From the sequence record OP310984.1: DNA of 64,000 nucleotides, one strand, 5' to 3'. This document shows, piece after piece, positions 35,825-45,620 of this stretch. Each line of letters begins with the position of its first letter. Position 1 is the stretch's first letter. The notes below the pieces were generated by a model. That model made no database searches. It was not told the DNA's origin and saw only the letters and a program-made list of their open reading frames with translations. The translations under genes and the position numbers were made by a program.

Positions 35825-36454
35825 ATGGCTTTTCATTTTACTGAAGTAGATTTAAATGATTTTATCAATGAATCAGGTAAAGACTTAAAAATAAATGTTG
35901 GTAAACAAACACTAGCAGTTTATGATATCGATAGGCTAAATATTGTTAATTCAACTATTAATAAACTAGTTTATAATGAACCTATAAGTGAAGAACACAT
36001 AGATGCATCACTTACAGATAATTCATTAAAAGAGCTTAATGATTATTTACTAAATGTTGGTGTTACTGAAAGCGCTAAAATGATGATTGATGCTGTGTTA
36101 GAATTAAGCGATTATCATAAAAGTGATGAATACTTTAACCCAATGATGTATAAATTAAAAAGTATGCACACTAAAAATACAGATGGTGTTTATTTGATAT
36201 TTTTACCAACGCCTACTATCGATGATCAAATTAACACCATGCAAGGGTATATTATCAATAAATCCGGTAATCTCATTAGGACTACTGTACAGTCATGGCG
36301 ATTTGAGAAAATTGAATTCAAAGACTTAGCCAAACATGATAGACGTTGGTTATTTATTGAATATTACATTAATGTTAAACAAACGAAAAATAATATAATC
36401 AAAGAGCAACAAGATGAATTAACTAAATTTATTTATTATAGTACTCTAAGTTAA
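35825..36454 (+). CDS. Hypothetical protein
   Basis: 209 aa; AAGGTG RBS. Confidence 0.65.
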   Translation: MAFHFTEVDLNDFINESGKDLKINVGKQTLAVYDIDRLNIVNSTINKLVYNEPISEEHIDASLTDNSLKELNDYLLNVGVTESAKMMIDAVLELSDYHKSDEYFNPMMYKLKSMHTKNTDGVYLIFLPTPTIDDQINTMQGYIINKSGNLIRTTVQSWRFEKIEFKDLAKHDRRWLFIEYYINVKQTKNNIIKEQQDELTKFIYYSTLS

Positions 36455-36478
36455 AACAAATAAAAAAATAAATATAAG

Positions 36479-36501
36479 AGCTAGCCCCTAATGGGCTAGC
36501 T
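36479..36501. terminator. Bidirectional terminator
   Basis: AGCTAGCCC-CTAAT-GGGCTAGCT between convergent ORFs. Confidence 0.75.
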
Positions 36502-36511
36502 TTATGTTATC

Positions 36512-36649
36512 TTACTCTGCTACATCTTTTACATCAGGTTTATTATTCCAACGTACTGCTCTCGCAATACCATACGTAAGAATAAGAGCACCTACGGTGC
36601 CAATAGTGGTGCTAATAATAATGCCAAGAGTTTTTGGATCAATATTCAT
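36512..36649 (-). CDS. 45-aa single-TM peptide MNIDPKTLGIIISTTIGTVGALILTYGIARAVRW...
   Basis: Read by hand; AGGA RBS; early-promoter variant at 36706-36713. Confidence 0.65.
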   Translation of the reverse strand: MNIDPKTLGIIISTTIGTVGALILTYGIARAVRWNNKPDVKDVAE

Positions 36650-36705
36650 ATTTAGTATCCTATTTACAATTAATAGAAAATATTACTTTTAGTAATATCA
36701 AGTTA

Positions 36706-36735
36706 ATGATATACTGTTTAAATATGTTTGAATAT
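36706..36735 (-). promoter_or_regulatory. Early promoter variant (TATATCAT)
   Basis: gatatactgtttaaatatgtttgaata matches the flank at 20751-20780. Confidence 0.6.
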
Positions 36736-36796
36736 AACTTTATTTATTATAATAAATAAAATAATACTTTCATATACACTATATGTAGAAGATTCC

Positions 36797-36873
36797 GCCG
36801 CTATAGCTCAGCTAGGTAGAGCAACGCACTTGTAATGCGTAGGTCCTCCGTTCGATTCGGAGTGGCGGCACCA
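36797..36873 (+). tRNA. tRNA-Thr (UGU)
   Basis: ACGCA-CTTGTAA-TGCGT anticodon arm; CCA. Confidence 0.95.
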
Positions 36874-37002
36874 AATTTACTGAGGTTTAAACTATTCTTA
36901 AATATATTAGTTAGGATGGGATTGAACGCGAAAGACTCAGTAAATCATATTGCCCCTCCATATGGAGGGGCTTATGTTTGTCATTAATCAGGAAAATATA
37001 AA

Positions 37003-37179
37003 ATGAGTCATCTATTATTTATCATCCAAGAATACATTACTAATAAATTTGAGGTAACACGAATTGATATGAAGCCAGGTAATAGAATGTTACGTGTATG
37101 TTTATACGGTCAACATGAGGGAAAAGGTTTCGTCCGTATAGATTTATGGTCAGTTGGTTATCGCATTACAAAGAAATAA
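37003..37179 (+). CDS. 58-aa hypothetical protein
   Basis: Read by hand (MSHLLFIIQEY...); AGGA RBS. Confidence 0.55.
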   Translation: MSHLLFIIQEYITNKFEVTRIDMKPGNRMLRVCLYGQHEGKGFVRIDLWSVGYRITKK

Positions 37180-37221
37180 TACTCCAGATTATTTAATATG
37201 TATTAATCAAAGGAGTTTATA

Positions 37222-37632
37222 ATGAGTAATGAAACTAATTATCTAGGTTATGAATGGAAAACAGATATAACTACTTCAAATCTTAATAGAGTGGTTGATT
37301 TATATACACTTGAATTAACATGGTTAAAAGAAGATTTTAATGATACTCTTTTTATAAAGTCTTATAAAGTGCTAGAGGGTCTATTAGAGGAACCGTCTAG
37401 GGCAATCCATGATGATACAGTAACCGTTCAAGATCAATTAGATGAATTAAATACTGTTTTTAAATTAGTATTTGGAAAAGATAATGACGTAGAGTTATCA
37501 ATTAATAATGATTCAATTATTGTGATCGGTGCTACAGATGCAACTAAAGAAAAATTAGAAGCAGAGGTGCGTGAGTTTGCATATAGAAAATCATTAATTG
37601 ATGAACGTTATCCAGACATTGTAACGGATTAA
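37222..37632 (+). CDS. Hypothetical protein
   Basis: 136 aa; AAGGAG RBS. Confidence 0.7.
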   Translation: MSNETNYLGYEWKTDITTSNLNRVVDLYTLELTWLKEDFNDTLFIKSYKVLEGLLEEPSRAIHDDTVTVQDQLDELNTVFKLVFGKDNDVELSINNDSIIVIGATDATKEKLEAEVREFAYRKSLIDERYPDIVTD

Positions 37633-37712
37633 AATACTTACAGCTATCTAGTATGTAACTAGGCGGATTGCCATTTGTAAATTATCTATTTAATCAAACT
37701 GAGGAAATACTA

Positions 37713-38102
37713 ATGAAACAATTCTTTCAACTACTTCTAAGCCTACTTTTCAAACTACCGGTTCTATCATATTTTGCTGAGAAGAAACGACTAGAGAAAG
37801 AGAAAAAGGAAGAAGAAAAGCGTCAGCAAGAACAACGTCAAAAAGAACTACTTGACGAACAGCGTCGCGAACAAGAAGATCATTATCGAAAGACGGCTTA
37901 CGATCGCCTAGCAAAACTTATTCATACTCGGTGGTATGATGAGTTTAATGCATATGAAAAGAAACTAGTTGATCTTGCCGTGTCTACTGGTAAAGCAGTT
38001 AGTGTTAAGTATGGTAAAGTTACTAAGATGCAACACCCTCATCAATTTAAACTACTTAATGATTGGCTGGATGATATTCCAGTAGAAGATTTTTCTAAGT
38101 GA
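37713..38102 (+). CDS. Membrane-anchored coiled-coil protein
   Basis: Start moved to MKQFFQLLL after GAGGA; charged E/K/Q coil. Confidence 0.65.
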   Translation: MKQFFQLLLSLLFKLPVLSYFAEKKRLEKEKKEEEKRQQEQRQKELLDEQRREQEDHYRKTAYDRLAKLIHTRWYDEFNAYEKKLVDLAVSTGKAVSVKYGKVTKMQHPHQFKLLNDWLDDIPVEDFSK

Positions 38103-38128
38103 GTTTAAATAAAAAAATAAAGACATAT

Positions 38129-38150
38129 CCCCTCTCCATACGGAGAGGGG
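38129..38150. terminator. Terminator at strand convergence
   Basis: CCCCTCTCC-ATAC-GGAGAGGGG. Confidence 0.8.
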
Positions 38151-38162
38151 TTTATGCCGTAA

Positions 38163-38843
38163 TTATACACTTACTTTGATAAGATTTTTAATATCAGTAA
38201 AATGGGTATATGTTGCCTTTTTATCTTTGTGAACCAGTAAGCAACAGGTGCCTTCATTTACTGTATTGGTTTGTTTTAATGGGATATTTAAAGCATATTC
38301 AAACAGATCATCCATCCAGTTAAATACCATGAACTTACTGATAAGGACATGATCGAAATCAATTAATCCAATAAACGAATCGATCTCAAATTGATAATAC
38401 TCTACAACCATTTTAGACCATTCTTTGTTTATTGCCTCAATGACATTAGGATTATTTATTTTATTAAATAACTCAGTGCGTTCCTTAGTAGGTAAACTGA
38501 GGTAATAATTAATATTACTCCTAACGATATCTGGATTAGTGATATCAATTTTTTCTGGTAAGTTATATTTACTATCTACATAATTCTTAGTTTCTGGCGT
38601 CATTCTCCAGCAACCATAATCAGCAGTAGTACTTGATAGATCTACTCTAGCCTCTACTACTTTAGAAAATACATTTACATATAAATTAACAGATTCACAT
38701 ATATCAGGTCTGATTGAATTAAAGTTTAAACTTTTAATAAGACCCCTAACTGGTCGAGTACCAATTAGACAATGCAATTCAAGCTTAACATTTTCCTCTT
38801 TAGCCATCTTAAATATATCAGCAAAACTGAGCTTTTCTACCAT
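38163..38843 (-). CDS. Hypothetical protein
   Basis: 226-aa ORF. Confidence 0.65.
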   Translation of the reverse strand: MVEKLSFADIFKMAKEENVKLELHCLIGTRPVRGLIKSLNFNSIRPDICESVNLYVNVFSKVVEARVDLSSTTADYGCWRMTPETKNYVDSKYNLPEKIDITNPDIVRSNINYYLSLPTKERTELFNKINNPNVIEAINKEWSKMVVEYYQFEIDSFIGLIDFDHVLISKFMVFNWMDDLFEYALNIPLKQTNTVNEGTCCLLVHKDKKATYTHFTDIKNLIKVSV

Positions 38844-39012
38844 TTAGAATATACCTTTTATTAATTGGACAAATAGATTAGATACACATAGCAATAGAAT
38901 AAACCATAAACCTAGTCTTTGTAATTTATCTATACGCTTAGCTTTTTGTTTCCTCTTTAATCTAACTAATAATGTATTTTTAATATCATTCATTAAATTA
39001 TCTCAGATTTTT

Positions 39013-39543
39013 TTAGACGGTGTATAAACCTTCAGTATTACATGTTGTTATGATGTTGTAAAGACGATGCCAATAGCGATCATACGTATTTTTACGTTTG
39101 TAGCTATTGGTGCGGATGACTAGATTGGCGACCCAGTGATTCTGATCAATGGTCTCATGTAGATGCCCGAAATAAGCCCCCAGTTCAATTTCGAATGGGA
39201 TCTTACACTCACGCCCCTTACACATTGCTTCACGTAATAAACGCATTGCAGAATTCTCTGCATTAGTGTCTTTAAATAAAAGACTAATGTATCCAGGGCT
39301 ACCACCAGTTTCTTCATCAACATGGCCTGAACAACAATAAATAGTTGCAATATTGGTGAATTGGTTAAACCATTTAATCAATGGTCTACATGCTTCATCA
39401 ATAAGATCTTCATATTCAGGTTTATACATTACTTTAACAGTATCATCTGCACGTTGTTTCACATGATGAAAATATTGCTCCCAATTTACATTAGTGTAAT
39501 ATAGCATATCCATATTAGAATTACTCATACAAATCAACCCCAT
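39013..39543 (-). CDS. TYW3/Taw3-like N-terminal motif protein
   Basis: IDEACRPLIKWFNQFTNIATIYCCSGH resembles the IDxxIxxLxxxINxxxxxxTxSSCxG motif. Confidence 0.45.
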   Translation of the reverse strand: MGLICMSNSNMDMLYYTNVNWEQYFHHVKQRADDTVKVMYKPEYEDLIDEACRPLIKWFNQFTNIATIYCCSGHVDEETGGSPGYISLLFKDTNAENSAMRLLREAMCKGRECKIPFEIELGAYFGHLHETIDQNHWVANLVIRTNSYKRKNTYDRYWHRLYNIITTCNTEGLYTV

Positions 39544-40265
39544 ATGTTATTGGCATATTCGCGGTCATTGAAAATGCGGGTAAGATCCATCCGCTTTTGA
39601 ATGCGCGCTAGTATCCATTTTAGTTGTTTAGTTGATAGTTCTTGATTTTGCTTGTACTCACCTGTAGCATGGATGTAATAATCAAATTTACGACTTACAG
39701 TAGTAGTATGTGCACATGCAATAGCAAATGCTTCAAGTGCAGTTAGTTTGGTTGATCCATTATCATTACAATTAGGGATAAACTCAAGTACACTATTAAC
39801 TGCATCTACACCACTACCCAAATGAGTCCAATCTTTCTTGGTGATGTTGATACCCATGTCTTTAAGAATAACTGTATATATGTCACCATTCTCCATAGTG
39901 AACATCATAGAAGTATTACCATTAAACAACCTGCGTTCTATGACTGGCAAGATATTTACTTCAACTTTAAACCAATCAGCTAAATCAACACCTGCGGTAA
40001 GGGCATTCAATAGATCATAAACATTATCTATAGTTCCAGCAAAAGCCATAGTTTTAACACGTTTGCCTTGCCAAGTAACAGTCGGATGAAAAATTATCTT
40101 GTGGCAATCATTGTAATATACATCTACACCTTCAGCTTTAGCAGTTAGATCAATATAACCGTTATCTAATACTGGAAGTCGCCCAATGCTATCAGTTGCA
40201 TTATTCCGCTCAATTAATAGGCAGTCTGCAATCATGACTTTACCATCATTTACGATATATGTCAT
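39534..40265 (-). CDS. Ntn-hydrolase, HslV/proteasome-beta-like peptidase
   Basis: Start at ATG 40265 gives M-T-Y-I-V...ADC; later HLGSG and TALEAFAIAC. Confidence 0.55.
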   Translation of the reverse strand: MTYIVNDGKVMIADCLLIERNNATDSIGRLPVLDNGYIDLTAKAEGVDVYYNDCHKIIFHPTVTWQGKRVKTMAFAGTIDNVYDLLNALTAGVDLADWFKVEVNILPVIERRLFNGNTSMMFTMENGDIYTVILKDMGINITKKDWTHLGSGVDAVNSVLEFIPNCNDNGSTKLTALEAFAIACAHTTTVSRKFDYYIHATGEYKQNQELSTKQLKWILARIQKRMDLTRIFNDREYANNIWG

Positions 40266-40308
40266 TTTCACCCCTTATAATAAAATAAATAGGCTTAAGC
40301 GAAATAAA

Positions 40309-40328
40309 GCCCTCCCCGAAGGGAGGGC
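40309..40328 (-). terminator. UUCG-loop terminator
   Basis: GCCCTCCC-TTCG-GGGAGGGC then TTT. Confidence 0.8.
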
Positions 40329-40431
40329 ATTATCAATAGGTGGGATCTCGGCGGCACCTTCATTTGCGGACGGGAACGCTGAAGGGAGATAGTCCGGGAG
40401 ATCCCGATTTGGGTATTCTTTACATATGGTA

Positions 40432-40812
40432 TTACTGCAAGTATTTGTTCCCCGCAGTATAATCACCATTGATCCAATTTTTGATTACAACACTGATCCC
40501 TTCATTTTCTTTAACGGTAACCCCCAACTCAAGATCGATTGATTGATAAGCTACAGCCGCCAGTGTTAACCGAAGATAAACGGATCCATCTTTTTCGATA
40601 TCGTAGGATACTACGAACCCGTCTTGTAGATTTTGTAGCTGGAATGTATTAGCATGTTGTGGGTGGAGACGATCCATATTGTACTCGACGACATCTAGTA
40701 GATATTGCCGAGCATCAGCAGCATTATCAAATCCGAGATCGCACAGACCGATCGGATAGCGAGCTTGCGTGCATGTAACTTTCATAGATACTACACGATG
40801 TTGTTTGCACAT
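40432..40812 (-). CDS. Hypothetical protein (start may be 40785)
   Basis: ORF on the coding strand of the array. Confidence 0.6.
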   Translation of the reverse strand: MCKQHRVVSMKVTCTQARYPIGLCDLGFDNAADARQYLLDVVEYNMDRLHPQHANTFQLQNLQDGFVVSYDIEKDGSVYLRLTLAAVAYQSIDLELGVTVKENEGISVVIKNWINGDYTAGNKYLQ

Positions 40813-40953
40813 TATATTTTCCTCTTAGATGTCAAAAACCCTCCCCGATCAGGGGAGGGTATCTCATTGGTACTTCTTCAGCAAAACTGAAACTAAGATA
40901 AAAGAGCAATCGTAAAGGAACTACATAGAATAGTGTATTTCTTTTACTATTTT

Positions 40954-41367
40954 TTACACAACCTCTTTAGATGGGGGTTCTTTATGAATCCAGTCTAAAG
41001 TTGTTGGTAAACTATTATCTGATCTGAAGGTACACACCGTCCGGAACCGAGAGTGATCAACTACAGATAATTGCCCGTTAATCGCAGCCTCATATTGCCT
41101 ACACAACTTCACACACCTTTTCTCTAGATCAGTTGGTTCGTAACCTTCTTCTCTTGGTTCAGTGTATGGTCCATCCCAAAAGAATATTAATCTAAGATCA
41201 ATCCCAGATTTATACTCCGCTTGGTATGAATATTGATGAACATCAAAATCATCTAATTCTTCAACTAGATGTGATGTTATTGTTCTAGGGTGTTCATGAG
41301 TTAATTCACTGTATATATGTTTATTTCTAGGGTTTTGTAAATCAACTACGATAAGTTGACTAGTCAT
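40954..41367 (-). CDS. Hypothetical protein
   Basis: Start moved to MTSQLIVVDL to remove overlap. Confidence 0.65.
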   Translation of the reverse strand: MTSQLIVVDLQNPRNKHIYSELTHEHPRTITSHLVEELDDFDVHQYSYQAEYKSGIDLRLIFFWDGPYTEPREEGYEPTDLEKRCVKLCRQYEAAINGQLSVVDHSRFRTVCTFRSDNSLPTTLDWIHKEPPSKEVV

Positions 41368-41368
41368 T

Positions 41369-42022
41369 TTAACTTTTATCCAGATGTCTATTACGAGTGC
41401 GTTCCACTGCTGTAGGTTCGACAGTGGCTCGCGGTAGATAAGTAATCTCCGGGAAAGTCTTATTAAGAGCATCTTCAATTAGCTCTTTAGCAATCTCTGC
41501 ATCGATGTAATGGTTTAGAATAATACCACGATGATACAGGAAGAAGCTGTATTCATCATAACCATGGCGAAGACTTACTTTACCACGATACCCACCATAG
41601 GTTAGAGTATCTTCGTTAATTTCATTCCGATAAATATCAAGTTGGATATTATTTTGAAGATGCATTTGAATGAAGTCATTACTATCACCGCCGAATAGGG
41701 TTGGTCGTTTCCGACCAGTAACAACATCTTGGATGGAATCCATTAGTCGGTTAATGTCTGTTTCTAATCGTTGGATATCACATTGAGAATTCATTGCTTC
41801 ATGGAAACGAGTTACAACTGCATTGAATTCTTCTTCAGTCCAACCACTGGTACGTTTTTCATAATCAACAATGATAATACCGAACCAGGCATAACCGTTA
41901 GAATGTTTTACTTTAACACATAGATGAGGTACATTATCAGCACCTGACTGATGGTTAACAGTGTAATTATTATTACGGCTGATTACTAGTTTGATAAAAG
42001 GTAGACTAATGATTGACGCCAT
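41369..42022 (-). CDS. Hypothetical protein
   Basis: 217 aa; AAGGA RBS. Confidence 0.7.
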   Translation of the reverse strand: MASIISLPFIKLVISRNNNYTVNHQSGADNVPHLCVKVKHSNGYAWFGIIIVDYEKRTSGWTEEEFNAVVTRFHEAMNSQCDIQRLETDINRLMDSIQDVVTGRKRPTLFGGDSNDFIQMHLQNNIQLDIYRNEINEDTLTYGGYRGKVSLRHGYDEYSFFLYHRGIILNHYIDAEIAKELIEDALNKTFPEITYLPRATVEPTAVERTRNRHLDKS

Positions 42023-42170
42023 GGAAATATTCCTTTTGTATTTTTTAAATTAAAGTAGGAGTTATTATTGAGTTTCAACTCAATACATCAATAACTCCAG
42101 TATGTTTTCAAAATTAAATACATGTATTTACAGTTACATTGTAACCAGTTAGTTTTGCCAACAATACAAA

Positions 42171-42359
42171 TTAGCGAACCTGTTCGATTTTTTCAGAAAC
42201 AATGAAAATATGTGCAATACGATCCTCATCAACATACCGATATCGAAATGAGGTATAACTAGATGACACATCCGTATCGTTTAAATAGGTGATATTAAAA
42301 TCATCTACTTCCCTACCATTAGCAGCCGCAACGGTATTTAGAATGTTGAGTAGACTCAT
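42171..42359 (-). CDS. Small hypothetical protein
   Basis: 62 aa; AAGGA RBS. Confidence 0.6.
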   Translation of the reverse strand: MSLLNILNTVAAANGREVDDFNITYLNDTDVSSSYTSFRYRYVDEDRIAHIFIVSEKIEQVR

Positions 42360-42382
42360 TTTACAGATTCCTTTTTAGTATA

Positions 42383-43909
42383 TTAATATTTCAATAGACT
42401 ATTGATAAAAGCATTAGGGTCATAACGGTTATTTGAAAAAGCCGCCATTACATCACACCCTGGCTGATCTTTAAATCTGATATCTTCAGGAATATCGAAG
42501 TCAGGGAACATTAGTTTAATATACTCCCTAACTTCTTGATCTCGTAGATATGGAATCTCCACCATGTAATCAACGCGACCTTTCCTTAGAAGTGCTTTAT
42601 CAATATTCTCAGGATGGTTTGTAGTTAGAATGGTCATAGTCTCATCTAGTGGAACAATGCCATCTAGCCCATTTAATAGAGCTGACAAAGTTAATCCGCT
42701 AGCTGGTTGTTCATACGTGATTCCATTCTTCATGCACTTCTTTAATTTCCACCATCGGCGAATTGTGGTAAATAATGGATCTTTTTCATCGGCCCATTTT
42801 GAAACACCCAGTTCAGCCATAGCATAAGCACTTATCCCAAAACCTTGATCATCGCTATTTTCATCAAAGATATAGATGGTGTCATTAAACCCAACTACAG
42901 AGTATCCTTCATAGTCATCTTTAAGATCAACCCATGCAGACGGATATTTTTCAATTAAATCAATAAAAGAATATTTCCTCTCTAATTCCTTTATCTCTTT
43001 ATCTAGTTTTACAGGATCATTTAAAACACGATCTTTAACTGCCGGGGTATCATCGAAATCTTCAATTAGAAGAATATTACCTTTAGGTAGTGTAGTAAAT
43101 GCCCGCCTAAGACTATCATTGGTCATAGAGGCTAATGACAGTGCACTAACATTTTTATTAAAATGTGAGGCAATCGCTTTACTGATTGAGGTTTTACCAG
43201 TACCAGGAGGACCTGTTAGAACACAAGTGAATTTATAGGGTAGTCCACGATCATCGTACCATTTCCGATCAGAATAGAATTCTTCAATCTTATTAAGGAA
43301 TTCTTCTTTGATCTCTTTACGCAAAATCACCGTGTTGATATCGCGTTTAGTAACTTCAATCTCATTGCCCCAACGGTTACCATCCCAATGTGAAATAGTC
43401 AGACCCCTTTCATTTGGGCGCCAATGGTAAGCATCTACTAAATCAATAATTAGTTTACTACTCCTAGATAATCCACGGATAGTAATATCCATTTGATCTC
43501 GACTGGCATTTTGACTATCCCGGCGTGCTTTTACAAACCAGAATAACCTACCTTTAAACAGAAAGAAATGTAAGCCAAAACCAACACCAATTTTCTGTTT
43601 AGTTGCACTATAACTTTGCTCATCAACATTAGTTGAAAAACGTCGATTAAATCCAGCTAATGGCTGCTTAATATACCATTCCATGAAACAATCAAAGTTC
43701 TTCTCGTTCAGCCCATTACCCATGTTGGTAATATGTAGACTAACTGTAAACTGATTTAATGCGAACCTAGCTAGTTTACTTGGTAAGCCTCTTAGAGTGG
43801 TCCAGAATAAACCACCAATTGCCATTCCGATAGCTCCACCCATAACCATATTCTTCTGAGAGATATCGATGAACATGGCGTAATATTGCAATAAGGTTTC
43901 TATAATCAT
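42383..43909 (-). CDS. BCS1-like membrane-anchored AAA+ ATPase
   Basis: N-terminal TM, BCS1_N-like region, GPPGTGKTS, LLIEDFD, TLSALLNGLDG, TTNHPENIDKALLRKGRVD. Confidence 0.85.
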   Translation of the reverse strand: MIIETLLQYYAMFIDISQKNMVMGGAIGMAIGGLFWTTLRGLPSKLARFALNQFTVSLHITNMGNGLNEKNFDCFMEWYIKQPLAGFNRRFSTNVDEQSYSATKQKIGVGFGLHFFLFKGRLFWFVKARRDSQNASRDQMDITIRGLSRSSKLIIDLVDAYHWRPNERGLTISHWDGNRWGNEIEVTKRDINTVILRKEIKEEFLNKIEEFYSDRKWYDDRGLPYKFTCVLTGPPGTGKTSISKAIASHFNKNVSALSLASMTNDSLRRAFTTLPKGNILLIEDFDDTPAVKDRVLNDPVKLDKEIKELERKYSFIDLIEKYPSAWVDLKDDYEGYSVVGFNDTIYIFDENSDDQGFGISAYAMAELGVSKWADEKDPLFTTIRRWWKLKKCMKNGITYEQPASGLTLSALLNGLDGIVPLDETMTILTTNHPENIDKALLRKGRVDYMVEIPYLRDQEVREYIKLMFPDFDIPEDIRFKDQPGCDVMAAFSNNRYDPNAFINSLLKY

Positions 43910-44691
43910 ACTAGCATCCCTCTGGATAGCTTAGGAAAATATTGTCCACAGATCATGTATTCACGTTCTAGAAAATCTAGAGTATGACTTTCAAATATTT
44001 CACCTACATCTTTACCATAGATTTCCGTATACCCATTTTTGAATACGGCCATTACATAAACATCAGACATAGTCATGCCGTAGTTATAAATTTGATTGTC
44101 TCTGTATTTTGGATGAAATAGGTCATATAAAAAACGAGTCATTGAACTATTGGCAACAGTTGTCACCCCTTTCTGCTTTAAGGCATAACGTACTTGTTTA
44201 ACCACATAGTTAACTTTAGAGCGCTCGCCAAATACCGTCAGTTTATCTACATTGCAATTACGATATCCCATAACATCAGGATTAGCTATCACGGTGTGTT
44301 TTGGAACACGTACATCAAAGATAATGCCATTAGGGGATAGAATAATCTTTTCATGGTTAAATAGAACATGAAATAAATGTCGTTCTGGTTTAGTGATTTT
44401 GATACTTAACCCAATCACTCCACTAATCTTTCTTTCTAGATCTTCTAGTGACTGCATCACCATGTGATATTGATTGAAGAAAGCATTGTTCTTATATTGA
44501 TCTAATTCAAAGTATTTCCAACTTCCACGAAAATGAATAGCATGGCTTTTGGTATAACCTTTAGTTAATCGACACTTGAGTTTGTCAAACCAGCTTTCAA
44601 GATAACTCTCGACTGTAAAACCAAGTGGGTTATTATTAATAAGTTTATTGGAATATGATAAGCTAAATCTGTACATAGTTCGACGATGCAT
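43906..44691 (-). CDS. Hypothetical protein, paralog of next gene
   Basis: Start moved downstream of the terminator at 44721-44742. Confidence 0.65.
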   Translation of the reverse strand: MHRRTMYRFSLSYSNKLINNNPLGFTVESYLESWFDKLKCRLTKGYTKSHAIHFRGSWKYFELDQYKNNAFFNQYHMVMQSLEDLERKISGVIGLSIKITKPERHLFHVLFNHEKIILSPNGIIFDVRVPKHTVIANPDVMGYRNCNVDKLTVFGERSKVNYVVKQVRYALKQKGVTTVANSSMTRFLYDLFHPKYRDNQIYNYGMTMSDVYVMAVFKNGYTEIYGKDVGEIFESHTLDFLEREYMICGQYFPKLSRGMLV

Positions 44692-44720
44692 TTTATATTC
44701 CTGCCAAATAAAGAAAAAAT

Positions 44721-44742
44721 AAAGGGCTCCGAAGAGCCCTTT
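44721..44742 (-). terminator. UUCG-loop terminator
   Basis: AAAGGGCTC-TTCG-GAGCCCTTT. Confidence 0.8.
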
Positions 44743-44747
44743 ATGTA

Positions 44748-45620
44748 TTAGATTTTTACAGACCAACTTTGCTCGAATTCCTGATATAGGAAATTGTCTG
44801 ACGCATTATCCCAATTTTCTCGATCAGTTACACCATAATAATGGAATTCTAGTTCAGTAGGTCCACCAACAAAACCATTCTTAGCATAGCTATAAACTTT
44901 GCCATTGGTTAGCTTAATCAGTGTATCCACATAGAAACTATTACGGTTCCATATTTCATTGTGGATGTACTTAAATACCACACTGTGGATATACTTAAAT
45001 TGCGCACTTGGTTTTCCGAGTACACTCCAATAGAATTTACGGATACCTATTTCGGTCTTGAAATTAAACTCTCCGTTGCGAATGTTGTTAGAAACAATAC
45101 GTGCCAGTTTATTAACCCGATTTTCTTCACCGATTAGATAGATCCCGGAAACACTACATCCATCTCCTATTGATCCATTATTAACTAGTGGATCAACACC
45201 ATATTCATCAGTGAAAATGGTTTTGATAACCTCTTTACCTTCTCGACGCACTAACATATTCAGGTGACCATCTTCGATATATGACATATGGCTAGGCTGA
45301 ATATATTCACTTGTATCGACGATAACATCATTCGCCATTACATTAAACTGTAGATGGTTTACCAGATCACTAATACCTTTAAAACGAATGGCTTGGTTCG
45401 CTGTATTTAGATCGACATACACCACGACATCAATAATGCCTTGTTTTAATGATTTGTCATCTTTGTCAGTAGTTGTATCAATTTTTACGTAATTTTGATA
45501 TAGTTCACTAAAACAAGATATGATGTCATCATGTAGTTTAATTACATCAGATCCATTTCGTTCAAGCGCTTTAAGCGATACGTTAAAACCAATACGAATT
45601 TTATTAGAACGACGTGCCAT
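44748..45620 (-). CDS. Hypothetical protein
   Basis: 290 aa; AGGTG RBS. Confidence 0.7.
   Translation of the reverse strand: MARRSNKIRIGFNVSLKALERNGSDVIKLHDDIISCFSELYQNYVKIDTTTDKDDKSLKQGIIDVVVYVDLNTANQAIRFKGISDLVNHLQFNVMANDVIVDTSEYIQPSHMSYIEDGHLNMLVRREGKEVIKTIFTDEYGVDPLVNNGSIGDGCSVSGIYLIGEENRVNKLARIVSNNIRNGEFNFKTEIGIRKFYWSVLGKPSAQFKYIHSVVFKYIHNEIWNRNSFYVDTLIKLTNGKVYSYAKNGFVGGPTELEFHYYGVTDRENWDNASDNFLYQEFEQSWSVKI

Noticed and set aside
40275-40469. 64-aa minus-strand ORF
   Set aside because: Runs through a strong terminator hairpin and overlaps the upstream gene; likely spurious
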